Shown piece after piece: positions 29,682 to 43,968 of a stretch of 64,000 bases of DNA; position 1 is the stretch's first letter, and each line of letters opens with the position of its first letter. Source of the stretch: Octopus vulgaris (taxonomy: Eukaryota); contig OX597826.1 in NCBI GenBank assembly GCA_951406725.2, positions 27,466,001-27,530,000 of the forward strand. Reading direction: 5' to 3'. The notes under the pieces are model-generated. The model did no database searches. It saw only the letters and a program-made list of their open reading frames with translations, and was not told where the DNA came from. The translations under genes and the position numbers were made by a program.

Positions 29682-29731
29682 CTATGTATATATATATGTA
29701 TGTATATATATATATACATACATACATATAT

Positions 29732-29783
<52 letters not shown>

Positions 29784-30226
29784 GAATGCATACACACACA
29801 CAAATATATATATATATGAATATGTATCATTTGCGTTTCTATATGCATGTTTATTTGTTTACTTATTTATCCATTGGCATGATTGATTTTTATTCCCATG
29901 TTTACATGTATATATATATATATATATATATACCTCTTTGCCTCATCGATCACGGCTGTTTCCACTCGCTTACATCTATCGTAATCCCTCTTCTCTCTGT
30001 AGAAACACGCACACATAAATGCATGTATGCCCACACACACACACACACACACACACACTTTGTTATACACATATATAAATTTTCGTGTACACATATACAT
30101 ATATCATACATACATTACTGTCAGTGAATTTGATAATACAATCTAAGACTATGAGATCGCAGTTTTGCAGCTATACACACACACACATACACAAACAAAC
30201 ATGTATGTATGTTTATTTATATATAT

Positions 30227-30257
<31 letters not shown>

Positions 30258-30276
30258 CATATACACTTATATAAAC

Positions 30277-30307
<31 letters not shown>

Positions 30308-30326
30308 AACATATATACATGTATGC

Positions 30327-30388
<62 letters not shown>

Positions 30389-30922
30389 GTACATGAGTTT
30401 GCGTGTGAGTGTCTCTTTGTGGGAATACTTGTGAATATGTGTCCAACTAGGTGTATATATGCATGGATTATATTCACAAATTCACTGGTAGTAATGTATG
30501 TATAATATACGCATATCTAAATATGAATATATGTATACAAAAATCTATGCTTCCATTGATACGTACATTCATTGATATTTATATATTAAGTATGAGTGTG
30601 TGTATATTGCTTTTATGTATGTATGTATGTATATATATATATGATTGTGTGTACGTACTTATGTATTTGGACATGGCGTTATAAGATAGAAGGAGAGGAT
30701 AACACATTTCTAGTTAGAAAAAAGTGATAGAAGTACACGCACATATGTGTGCAAGTGCGTGCGAATGCAAGCACAGATATACGTACATATTATAAACGTA
30801 TATAATTGCCCACAAGTATTTATCTATCTATCTATCTATACATACGTATATATATATGCATACATGTCTATACAAACATGTATATATATATATATATATA
30901 CATATATGCCTATACAAACATG

Positions 30923-30963
<41 letters not shown>

Positions 30964-31097
30964 ACATAGATTGACAGTTATATAGATATATAGATATATA
31001 AACCGATACATAAATAGATCGATGGCTATATCGATAGAATATATAGATAGATTGGTGGACTTATAGCTCGACTAAAACGCAGATAACCAGGAAGGCT

Positions 31098-31181
<84 letters not shown>

Positions 31182-31717
31182 TATAGATAGATATGGAGAC
31201 AAATGGACAAGTAGAGAGACAGGATGAATGAATGTATAGCGTTTGCATAAAATACAAATGGAGTATATTTGACTGATGAGCAATCAGACAGAGAAACCCA
31301 TAATGATTAAAGCAAATACAGAAATACACAATATAATAAAAACTAACTATGTAACGATTCAGACAAAGAGAGAGAAATATTTTGTATGAAATACATGCGA
31401 AAATCGATGGAGAGCTGAACTAAAATCGAAGACAACCAATACGTCGACAACTAAGCTAGAAACACCATCTTGTCTGCGAAGATTCAGTGGCTATCTGATT
31501 TTATTTATTTTCTATTATTTATTTTTTTGTGTGTGTATGTTTTATGTCTTTTTTGTTGTTTTTGACTTTGTCTTGTTTGTGGCCTTTATTAATCTTGAAT
31601 TATTGATATAATAACTTGTTAAACAAAGTTATTCCCACTAATCATTACACAAATACACATGTATTTGGATATGTATAAATATATGTATACAGATATATAT
31701 ATATATGTATATACATA

Positions 31718-31771
<54 letters not shown>

Positions 31772-31898
31772 AGGGTGTGTGTGTGCGTATTTATATTAAC
31801 GTATATGTACATATATATGTCTATATAAATTCCTATATACGAATATCTATATGTACGTATATATATTCGCATGCGTGCCTACATAGATACACACACAC

Positions 31899-31960
<62 letters not shown>

Positions 31961-32544
31961 GCACACACACACACACACACATATATATATTTATATATAT
32001 CCACACATATATATCCATCGCCATGCGTGCATATTTTTATAGATGCATGCATACGTTCATGTGTCTGTGTTTATGCAGTCAGAGCAACCAATCGGTTGGG
32101 GGTTCTATATGTGTGTATCTGTATCGGTTATTTCATGCTGTTTTCGGAGTGAGTCAACTCCTACGAAAAGAACAATTTAAACAGCTAATATGGAAATATT
32201 CTTATATTGGAATGAATTAAGGCTTTGACGCATAAACCAACATGGAAATATTGGAATGGTTCCAATGTTTCTAAACAACGCTATACTACGCTACACTACA
32301 AGTGACCGCTGGATAATTTCGACTATTAAATTATTCTACAACAGTACAACACAGCAACAGAAGCGGGTAAATTTGGCACTGCTAAGTAATCAGTCGATCT
32401 GCTAGGAATAGCAGCTATATCGTCTGATAATCACCCTATGTTTTGTCTTAAATTAGGAAGGGTTATATTGAACAATATAATTATAGATATTAGATTGACA
32501 CGCACGCTGAATAGACATCGCGCCCGAGAAATTTTTTTAGCCTC

Positions 32545-32925
32545 GCCCGTAAAATTCTTCTGGTTCTTTACGTCCTGATTGAAATAACCAGCGAGATCGA
32601 CTTTACCTTTTATCCTTTAGGGGTCGACAAAATAAGAACCAGTTGAGCACTGGGGTCGGTGTAATCGACTTCCTCTTCCGTCCAAAGCATTGGCTTTATG
32701 TCAAAATTACAAAAAAATAATTATTGATGTTAACTGATTTCAAAGTTTAGCAGAAGACCAGCAGTTTCCGAGGAGGGGGTAAATGGATTACATCGACCCC
32801 AGTGTCCAACTGGTGCTTATTTTATCAACCCCGTAAAGATGAAAAATAAAGTCGACCTTGGCGGAATTTGAACCCTGAACGTAAAGACGGGTAAAACGCA
32901 CCCTGCGTGCTGACCAGCTCTCCGC
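32545..32925. mobile_element. SINE family B, convergent pair (+ 32545-32705, - 32745-32925)
   Basis: Family B core present in both orientations. Confidence 0.75.
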
Positions 32926-33867
32926 TTATTATAGATATTAATCTGCCAGCTCTCCGCTTATTATAGATATTAATTTCCAAGTCGGAAATGGGTTCTTATT
33001 TTGAGCGTATTTGATCTTACGTCTGTAGAAGTTGTGCTGAATCGTGGCTAAGTAATAAATTTTGAATATAGATACGAGGTTAGATATATGGCGAAATGGC
33101 TTAAGTGAAAATATCCCATCAATACTCGAATGGTACTTTATCTTTATTGACACCGAAGAGATGCGAGGCAAAGAGAATCCGGGAGGAATTTGAACGCAGA
33201 AAGTGAATAGCTGGGAAAAATACCTTAATGAATTTTGTCTGACACTCTAAAAATTCAGCCAAACCACCTCCTGGCCTCACAGCTTAATAATTGTTTCCAA
33301 TTGAGGTAAAAAGCAGGCGGTCGGATAGTAGAATCGCATTCACGTCCTCTAAAATGATTATCAACTTTTTTTTGGCTCTTAGGTTCTAAGTTCAAATTCT
33401 ACTGAAGTCAGCATTAACATTGTTGATTCCTGAAACGATAGAGTAACTACAGTCAAGCACTAATCTACTAATCTAACTACTAATCAACTAGCCCTACCGC
33501 CAACGGATAAAAAATCCAGAATTTGTACGTATAGTATATTTAGACGCAAGGGGAACAGTTTTTGTTTTTGTTTCTGGTACTATATTTACAGACTTCGGAA
33601 AAGAGCAAGTTAACTTCGACGAGATATGAACTTAAGGCATAAAGAATCGAAAATACATACCATGCAGCATTTTACCAATGATGTTTCTGTTAATCTGCAA
33701 CACCTATGTGTTTCTAATTCATTCACAGAGTCAGTGTTTTTGAAGAGGCGTTGCTTAGCCAATTTCATCAACCATATTATTTGACTGGTACTTGAATTTA
33801 TCGACTCGAACGAGATTTGATTACATAACTTTATGAGCCGTATATGAAATACCTTAAAGTATTTTGC

Positions 33868-34441
33868 CAGATGTTCTTAACCTTTTAAAATCAATAGACC
33901 CCACTTTAATTCTTATAAATGGTGGACCCCCAAAGCTATTCAATGCTGAAAAAATTCCTATTATAGTTTCATAATTAACAGCATTTCAAAAATTGTTCAA
34001 AAACATTTCGTGCATTGTAGAAGTAGAAGTAATCTATTACGCATAAATTTCAAAATTTGGCACTAGGCCAGCAATTTCGGGGGTGGGGTGTAAGTCGATT
34101 ATGTCGACCACAGTATTCAACTGCTTCTTATTTTATCGACCCCCGAAAGGATGAAAGGTAAAGTCGACTTTGGCGGAATTTGAACTCAGATCGGCGTGCT
34201 GACGATTCTACCAGCTTGCCACTATAATTGATGGTGGTGGTAGTGGTGGGTAGGTAGTGGACTAAGTTGATTATATCGACCCCAGTATTCAACTAGTGCT
34301 TATTTTATCGACCCCTCCCCAACCGAAAGCATGAAAGATAAAGTCAACGTAAGCGGAACTTGAACTCATTTCCTCCTAAATATTAACAAACTATCTTATA
34401 TGGACTCCTAAGGCTATATCGGCCCCAGTTGAGACCAATTG
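33868..34441. mobile_element. Possible hAT-type MITE split by SINE copies
   Basis: Ends cagatgttcttaacc / agttgagaccaattg resemble CAGTGGTTCTCAAC-type TIRs. Subterminal ggaccc-like motifs. Confidence 0.4.
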
Positions 34442-34741
34442 ATTTAGCTAATGCAAAATCCGTTAGAGGAGTTAGATACCAATAACAACAACAAAAACAA
34501 CAGAGATCTCAACAGCAAGAGAGCCATTGCCTTTGGCAGAAATTGTAGCTAAAATTCCCTGAGACCAGGTCTTTCAGTGTTTAATCGAAAAAAAGGAGCA
34601 CCTTAGATTAAACTTTTATATCTAGCTCACCGTATATATATATATATTATTCCAGCGGTCTTTTTTGCCGAACCGTTAAGTCAACAGGGACGTAAAGACA
34701 CCAGCATCGGTTGTCAAGCGGTGTTTGGGGATCAGACACAT

Positions 34742-35119
<378 letters not shown>

Positions 35120-35176
35120 AATATGCTTCAACACCCGAACTCATGTAAAGAATCTTGCAAACCAAATCAAAAAACG

Positions 35177-35298
<122 letters not shown>

Positions 35299-35983
35299 AT
35301 AGATAGATGACATGATCCTTTCAGTTTCCATTTACCAAATTCACTCACAGTGTATGTGTCCCATGTATATGTGTGCCTATGATTTTTCCCAGTGTTTGCC
35401 TATCACCACTGCTTGTCAACCGGCGTTGGTTTGTTTACGTACAGAAGAAGTAAGGAGCAGATTTTAAAATAGCTACGACTATCAGGCTGTTCCAATAAAA
35501 TCCCGGCATTTATGCAGTCCAATCACTGAAATCAATAAAATATGAGAGATAAATCATCAAAGATATAATCTAAAAAATAATCGATTTTTTACATATTCGA
35601 TTAAACCAATCACAATCCTTTACGGGTGCATATTTTCATTGAGCCCTGGGGAATAAAAGGAGAAAATTGACTACGGTATGAAATGAACTCACATTCTAAA
35701 GAGCTGGAAACTAAAAAATCAGACAAACCTCGTATCGAAAATAATTCCGGTATTGTACGCTATATATTTGCATCAGGTATTGGAATATATAATGAGTTAA
35801 TGTCTGAATATTATTTAGACGGTAATTAAAATTTATAATTACTTATCTAATTAATTTGTCAACAGGTGTTCAGCTTTTTTCTTCTTTCATTAGTTTCAGA
35901 TCTTATTATTGAGATTGTTGTTTGTAGAATTAATTGCATATTGTACTTATTAAGTATATGTCTATATATATATATATACATAT

Positions 35984-36047
<64 letters not shown>

Positions 36048-36050
36048 GTA

Positions 36051-36096
<46 letters not shown>

Positions 36097-36097
36097 C

Positions 36098-36145
<48 letters not shown>

Positions 36146-36367
36146 GTATGTACATATGTATGTATGTATGTATGTATGCATGCATGCATGAGCGTATGTC
36201 TGTTTGGTCGTACAAAGAAATGGAATGTTTTACATAAATAAAATTACTTTTCGAAGACATTTACAACACACCTATAAAAAATACATACACAGACACTCAT
36301 ACACTCATACGTAAAGACGTAGCATGATCTATAAATACATACAGATATATATGTGCATATATATATA

Positions 36368-36652
36368 GCCCAGTGGTTAGGATTTCGATTCCCAGACCGG
36401 GCGTTGTAAGTCATGGCGAATCCTGCTGTTTTCTTTCACCACAACTTTCTCTCATTCTTTCTTCCTGTTATACATGTATTTCAAAGGACCAGTCTTGTCA
36501 TAATCTGTGTCACGTTGAATCTTCCAGAGAACTATATTAAGAGAGTACAGGTGTCTGTCGAGTGCTAAGCCACTTGCACGTTAATTTCATTAGCAGGCTG
36601 TACCGTTGAACGGATCAACTGGAACCCTCGTCATCGTAACCGACGGAGTGCC
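36368..36652 (+). mobile_element. SINE family C variant
   Basis: Tail ...gatcaactggaaccctcgtcatcgtaaccgacggagtgcca. Confidence 0.8.
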
Positions 36653-36669
36653 ACGTAGATAAAAATATG

Positions 36670-36710
<41 letters not shown>

Positions 36711-36770
36711 AAATATATACATATATATATTTATATCTATAGTTATATACATGTATATATATATATACAT

Positions 36771-36822
<52 letters not shown>

Positions 36823-36854
36823 TATATACATATAGATATATTCCTTAAAAAAAG

Positions 36855-37172
36855 ACTCCGCCGGTTACGACGACGAGGGTCCCAGCTGATACGATCAACG
36901 GAACAGCTTGTTCGTGAAATTAACGTGCAAATGGCTGAGTATTCCACAGACACGTGTACCCTTAACGTAGTTCTCGGGGATAATCAGCGTGACACATAGA
37001 GTGTCAAGGCTGACCCTTTGAAATACAAGTACAACTCATTTTTGCCAGCTGAGTGGACTGGAGCAACGTGAAATAAAGTGTCTTGCTCAAGGACACAACG
37101 CGTCGCCGGGAATCGAACTCACAGCCTTACGATCATGAGCCGAATGCCCTAACCACTAAGCCACGCGCCCTC
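36855..37172 (-). mobile_element. SINE family C, full length
   Basis: tRNA-like head (tggcttagtggttaggg...gagttcgattccc) followed by tgtgtccttgagcaagacactt. Confidence 0.88.
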
Positions 37173-37225
37173 ACATATAGATATATAGATATATATGTAT
37201 ATATGTATATATATATATGTATATA

Positions 37226-37353
<128 letters not shown>

Positions 37354-37436
37354 TATATATGAATTTCAGCTTCGTGTTCCATTCCCAACACGTGAAATAT
37401 TTAACATTATGCATTGAACGATTGATATTTTTGCAT

Positions 37437-37845
37437 AGGCGCAGGCGTGGCTGTGTCGTACAAATTTTGCTTCCCAAGCACATTGCTCCGCGTTCAGTCA
37501 CACTGCGTGTCACTTCGGCGAATGTATTTCACTATAGCTTCTGGCCGATTAAAGTCTTGTGAAGGGATTTGCAAGACAGATACTGAAAAGAAGCCCTTCT
37601 TTTACACATGTATATAAGTATATGTATGTATTGGATGTGTGTATTTGTCCACATTACAGTTGATAACCGGTGTCAGTATGGTCACATCCATATAAATTAG
37701 ACTTTCAGCAAAAGAGATCAATAGATTAAGTCAAACTTTTAAAAGTGGTCCATTGCGTGTCACCTTGGGCAAGTTTCTCTTCCTATAGCCTCTGACCGAA
37801 CAAAGCTTCGTAAGTAGATATTGTAGACGGAAACTGAATGAATCA
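37437..37845 (+). mobile_element. SINE family A, diverged copy plus fragment
   Basis: Head aggcgcaggcgtggctgtg; second caccttgggcaag fragment at ~37760. Confidence 0.7.
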
Positions 37846-37959
37846 CATCATATATATATATTGTGGCGGTTTATTTAATTTATATTAAAATTTTATGTAT
37901 TGATTAAGTCTTTCCTTGTTTTGTTTTAAAATAGTGGTTTTGTCTCGAATTATATTATA

Positions 37960-37993
<34 letters not shown>

Positions 37994-38436
37994 CATCATA
38001 TATAACTGAACTCTACTTCTGAAATTTTCACCGACTGCAAACATGTATAAATATACCTTGAAGAATTGGAAAATTCCGCTCATACCTGATTAACGTGTTG
38101 ATTTCTTTCCAGCCTTATAATTTAAGGTCTAATGAAGAGAAACCTTTTACCTTTTTTTTTTACTTTTTACTCTTCACTTTATATATTTTAGTTTTTTCAT
38201 TTTTGTTTCCCGGTGTTAGTTTTCCGTTTTATAACCTTGCGTGTGTTGTATATGCTGCCTTCTCAGCCTTTTCACGTTTCTTCGTTATAATATGTGGCTT
38301 GTGCCTCATGAATGTTTGAGATATTGCGCAACATATGAAAACTATTAATACCAGAAACATGTTTTGTGTCCTTTAAATACACACATATACACATATATGT
38401 ATATATATGTCATAGATATTATATGTATTATATATA

Positions 38437-38520
<84 letters not shown>

Positions 38521-38944
38521 ATATATTATATTATATAAATGCGTGTGTGTGTGTGTGTATATAACAAAAGTGGGGGTATAATCTCATGAGGAAAATTATC
38601 GGCAAATTTGTTATTGAAAATGCACCAAAATTTGAAAAACTTGTAATATGTTTTAAAATTAATTTATTTACATATATACCAAACTTGTTTCAACAATATT
38701 ATTTCGTTTATTAATGGTAAAAATTTAGAATTATGAATTATAAAAATATGCTTAAAAGTTTCAATGTTCACAAGTTTATACGTTAATAACAGTCAATAAT
38801 ATATAAATCTATGGATCAACTTTTTTAAATGTAAAAAAATTCAATAGTGTTAGTTGTGGTTGACAAGAAATGAATATCATCAAATTTTCAGTCATACTGA
38901 GTTACGAGGGAGAAAAACAAGGGAGAAATGAAGATAGTAAAAAT

Positions 38945-39173
38945 AGGGGATTTGGTTTACAGTTTCTTTATTCTCTTTCCGTCGTGAGCAGGAACTTTCA
39001 CTTGTAACGGTGTTTTTTTTTTTTTTTTGTAATCCTGTGTGTTTATTTTTTCCGGGAACGGATCTGATTTTTGATTCGTTAAAGTACTGGTGACGTTTGA
39101 TTTTTCTGGTGGTCAAGCTGGTCATACTGCCTGATTAGAAAGAGAATCACAGAAACTGTAAACCAAATCCCCT
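38945..39173. repeat. Inverted repeat with ~35-bp arms
   Basis: aggggatttggtttacagtttct.t.attctctttc (38945-38979) versus gaaagagaatcacagaaactgtaaaccaaatcccct (39138-39173). Confidence 0.8.
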
Positions 39174-39400
39174 TTTTATCTATCTATCTGTCTGTCTCTC
39201 TGTCTATCTATCTGTCTGTCGGTGGGGCGATAGAATGGTTGTATACTGTCAATCTAACAAGAACGTGACAGTAGGGGGTACACCACCGTTGTATAGCCCT
39301 AGGAGGCATCGAACGCCTCCTGACAGCTTCGACACATTTTTCCCTGTGCCCTTATATACATATACGAAGGAGACAAACACCCCCAACCGCCGGAACCGCA

Positions 39401-39446
39401 TCTAGGGACACCGTGTTTCAGGATCATTGTCCTTCATCGGCCTAGA
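39401..39446 (-). ncRNA. Mirror copy of the 39776 hammerhead-like motif
   Basis: Exact reverse complement of 39776-39821, in the left arm of the large inverted repeat. Confidence 0.75.
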
Positions 39447-39775
39447 GTAGCAGACACCGGTCGGCTGGTGATATTTGCCTGGACTTCGTATCTGTATATA
39501 TGTAAACTCAGTGAAGTTTATTCACTGATTATCAAAATAAGAAATATTGAATTTCTAAATCTCTCGTAGAGACATGTACGGTGGTGGGGCGATAGAATGG
39601 TTGTATACTGTCAATCTAACAAGAACATGACAGTACACCACCGTACATGTCTCTACGAGAGATTTAGAAATTCAATATTTCTTATTTTAATAATCAGTGA
39701 ATAAACTTCACTGAGTTTACATATATACAGATACGAAGTCCAGGCAAATATCACCAGCCGACCGGTGTCTGCTAC

Positions 39776-39821
39776 TCTAGGCCGATGAAGGACAATGATC
39801 CTGAAACACGGTGTCCCTAGA
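39776..39821 (+). ncRNA. Type-I hammerhead ribozyme-like motif, CCGAUGA core variant
   Basis: Stem I tctagg/cctaga, CCGATGA at 39782-39788, stem II agga-caatga-tcct, GAAA, stem III ca-cgg-tg, GUC site at 39813-39815. Confidence 0.75.
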
Positions 39822-40241
39822 TGCGGTTCTGGCGGTTGGGGGTGTTTGTCTCCCCTTCGTATATGTATATAAGGGCACAGGGAAAAAATGTGTCGAAGCT
39901 GTCAGGAGGCGTTCGATGCCTCCTATGGCTATACAACGGTGGTGTACCCCCTACTGTTACGTTCTTGTTAGATTGACAGTATACAACATTCTATATATAT
40001 ATATATATATATATCTACAAATATATCTATATGTACACGCAGACATATAAATGTATGCATGTAGGTATGTATGTGTATATGTATGTATATATAATGATAT
40101 AATTATAATGGGCAAAGCCGTGTAAACATCAACTTCTTAATGAATACATAGTGCAGCAGGTTGCATAACGTTATACTTGTCCGTCGAACCGTCTGTTTGT
40201 TTGTCTGTCTGTCTATCTACTGTCTATCTATCTATCTATCA

Positions 40242-40302
<61 letters not shown>

Positions 40303-40697
40303 ACTATCTATCTATCTATCTGTCTGCCTGTCTGTATGTCTGTCTGCCTCTATGTATGTACCTGTTTGTCTCTTTGTCTGACTGTCTGTCTATCTGTCTG
40401 TCTGTCATTTCTGTCATTCTACCGATCTATCTCTCTGTGTATGTACTGTATAAACACATTCATACATATGTATTTGGAGAGAGGGAAAGAGAAAGAGGAA
40501 AGAGAGAGAGACAGACAGACAGACAGACATACGAACGGGCATACAGATAAAATGGTAAATAGATATAAACAGACTGAGTGACAGACAGACAGATAGAAAG
40601 ACAGACTGACAGACAAACTGACGCACAACAGACAGACACATGGACAGACAGACAGACAGACAGACGGACAAACAGATAGACAGTCAGACAGACAGAC

Positions 40698-40789
<92 letters not shown>

Positions 40790-41374
40790 GGATAAACATA
40801 CATATAACGTTATATAAGTTGTACTAATCTATTTTGCTGTGTATATTCATTAACAAGTTTGATGTTTGCGTGCGTGTGTGTATCCATCCCAATCCATTCG
40901 TTTGACAGCCATCAGCTGGAAATATCTATCTAATCAGTAAACTAATTAAGAAATTAATTAATTTAGACCACTTTGATTATGAATTCCGAATAAGATTTTG
41001 TCCAATTCCACAAATATATTCATCTTGTGTCCGTGCTGCCATTTTACCCAATCAGTTACCAAACTATCCACTCTAATTCCAATCTGGACAGAGTTCAAAT
41101 CCATCAGATATATCACGTGTGTGTATGTATGTGTGTGTAGGTGTGTGTGTGCGTGTGCGTGCGCGTGCCTGTGTGTCTGTGCGTGCGTAAATGTATAAAT
41201 ACTTATGGGCCTATATACATCTATGAATGTATATACACATTCACTAACACATACACTTAGATAATATACATGTATGTGTATGTATTTATATTTATGAATG
41301 CAATAATGAATAGGAACATATATGTATACACATACACAGACATATACTGTATATAGGCGATGTGTGCTTACCAA

Positions 41375-41500
41375 CGACATGGGTCCGGGTTCAGCCACTC
41401 TGCTTGGCACCTTGAGAAAGTGTCTTCTACTATAGCCTTGGTCAGACCAAAGCCTTATGACTGGATTTGGTAGATGGAAACTGGAAGAAGCCCGTCGTAT

Positions 41501-41555
<55 letters not shown>

Positions 41556-41730
41556 TATGTTTGTGTGTCTGTGTTTGTCACCCCACCATCGCTTTACAAC
41601 CGATGCTAGTGCATTTACGTCCCCGTCACTTAGCGGTTCCGCAAGGAAGCCCGATAGAATAAGTGCTAGCCTTACAAATGATAAGTCCTGGAGGTCGATT
41701 TGCTTGACTAAAGGCAGTGCTCCAGCATTT
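41375..41730 (+). mobile_element. SINE family A
   Basis: Homology to the other family A copies. Confidence 0.85.
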
Positions 41731-41767
41731 TGAAGTAAAAGAATACACACACATGCACACACAGAAA

Positions 41768-41826
<59 letters not shown>

Positions 41827-42489
41827 TCTTATACAGAAAGACACAGATATATAGCTATTTGTTCATTTATCTATATTACATATGTATGAATATTCATATG
41901 GAGAGAAATAGTGTGTGAGGGAAATAGAATTGACAGCCAGATAGATACACCCATGTTTGTATGTATGTATGAATGTATGTATGTATGTATGTATGTATGT
42001 ATGTATGTATGTATGTATGTATGTATGTATGTAGGTAAGTAGGTAGGTAGTTAGGTAGGTAGGTATTATGTATGTATAAAAACAACCGAAGCTGTCTGTT
42101 TTACAGTGACATAGTTTAAGGGTCCTTGTTACTTTGGGCAACATTCTTCTGCCATAGTGTCTTTGGAAAGGAATTCGTAAATGGAAACTGTGCGGAAATC
42201 TGCTGTACACTTACATATCGCTGAATATGCTTTTGTGCTTTTAGTTTAATTTTGTGACAACGTGCGTTGACCTGTTGATTTGTTACTTATCTAGCTAGCT
42301 AGCTAGCTAGCTATCAATCTATCCATCTGTTTGTATGTCTATCTACCTATCTCTCCTCCACTCTCTCATTATGTTTATATACATGTGCATGCAGATTGTT
42401 TGTTTTTGATTTTGTCGACTACGCAGTATAGTAGGATCAGTTCAGCACCGTCTGTGAGAAAAGTAGCACCATGATGTCATTTACTCTGC

Positions 42490-42965
42490 CAGAAATATGT
42501 GCTTGGAGGAGGTAGGTACTGCCCCGGGTGAAGAGGGTGGCTGCTGAAAGACCCATTCTGGCAACAGGACTCTGCACCATACTACACGAGCAGGGGAACC
42601 TACGCCCACATCACTTCTAACATCTGGCTACCTAGGTTCCTAGACTGCAACCCCTTTGATAAGTGTGTGGTGGGGCATTTAAGCGAGAAACCAACAAAAC
42701 TCCTTGTAACATCAAAGATGAACTGAAAGCAAGGATTATGGCAGTATTCACCAACTTAAACAAGCAGTCCGTCCAGGAGAGTTGTAGGGGATTTCGAAGT
42801 GGTCTGGAGGCCATGGGTGAAGCCAATGGCGAATTTATTCAATAAATTTACTCTTTAGCATTCCAAGATATTTCTATGTAATTTTGGTAAATATATCTGT
42901 TCGAATTGAGATGACAGTGTTATTTTCATTTTTGCGTAATTTAGACGACAATATATTCACCGCAT
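42490..42965 (+). pseudogene. 3' relic of a maT/DD37D-like transposase
   Basis: Fragments WQQDSAPYYTS, IWLP..LDCNPFD and GAFKRETNKTPCNIKDELKARI...CRGFRSGLEAMGEANGEFIQ*, with frameshifts. Confidence 0.7.
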
Positions 42966-42989
42966 CATAAAAGGATAAAAGAAAAAAAC

Positions 42990-43700
42990 CAACCTCGGCG
43001 GGATTTGAACTCAGAACGTTAAGTCAGACGAAATACCTATTTCTTTACACAAGGGGCTAAACACAGAGAGGACAAACAAGGACAGACAAACGGATTTAGT
43101 CGATTATATCGACCCCAGTGCGTAACTGCTCCTTAATTTATCGACCCCGAAAGGATGAAAGGCAAAGTCGACCTCGGCGGAATTTGAACTTAGAACGTAG
43201 CGGCAGACGAAATACCGCTAAGCATTTCGTCCGGCGGCGTGCTAACGTTTCTGCCAGCTCGTCGCCTTTCTTTGACCGATGATAATAATGATTTCAAATT
43301 TGGTACAAGGTCAGTAGATTTAAAGCAGGATAAGTCAATTTCATCGACTCATTACTTAATTGTTAGTTATCTATCGGATCAGAGGATACGAAAAGTGAAG
43401 TTAACCATGGCGGTATTTGAACTCAGAACGTTAATTGCAAAAAGACGCGCTAACGATTTTGACGTCTCCATGCTTTTCACCGCCATTAATAATGATTTCA
43501 AATTTTTGAATAAGGCCAACAACTTGAGAGGAATAATGGAGCCATTTACGTCTGTCATAGTGTTTTCTTTCATCGACACCGAAAAGATGAATGAGAAATT
43601 AGATCTCGGTAAAATTTGATCTCAGATTATAAAAAGCCGGACGAAATGCAGCGCAAAGGTTTCGCCGACGCTCTACCGATTCTGCCAGCTCACTGTTTTT
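42990..43700 (-). mobile_element. SINE family B cluster (best copy ~43040-43268, plus older diverged copies)
   Basis: atcgaccccgaaaggatgaaaggcaaagtcgacctcggcggaatttgaact. Confidence 0.85.
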
Positions 43701-43921
43701 ATTCATACAGATCCAAATTCCGGTTTTTTTCTCTATCCCTCACACAGACACACACACTCTCTTTCTCATCTCTCATTCACTCACACTTTCTCTATCTCTA
43801 TCTTTCCCTCTTGTTCTCTCACTCACTTGATCTATCTCTCTTTATCTCGCTCTACGATTTCAGCGTGTTTGGTGCCCTCTCCCGCATTCCCTCTCTTTCA
43901 CTCCCTTTCACTCTCTCTCAC

Positions 43922-43968
<47 letters not shown>

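Larger units (their letters stand above)
39221..39994. mobile_element. Hammerhead-containing short retroelement (retrozyme/Penelope pLTR-like): 362-bp monomer, partial direct repeat, then inverted copy
   Basis: ggtggggcgatagaatggttgtatactg... occurs at 39221 and again at 39583. Inverted arms 39230-39586 and 39636-39994 are nearly identical, with one hammerhead per arm. Confidence 0.75.

Noticed and set aside
32914-32974. 29-bp direct repeat (period 32)
   Set aside because: Small local duplication at a SINE end with no further structure.
37100-37172. tRNA-like sequence
   Set aside because: It is the head of a SINE and continues into the SINE body, with no complete cloverleaf.
38295-38360. 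cctcatgaatgtt...aacatatgaaa, a possible degenerate hammerhead or PLE 3' end
   Set aside because: Core is mutated and no stems I/III can be supported.
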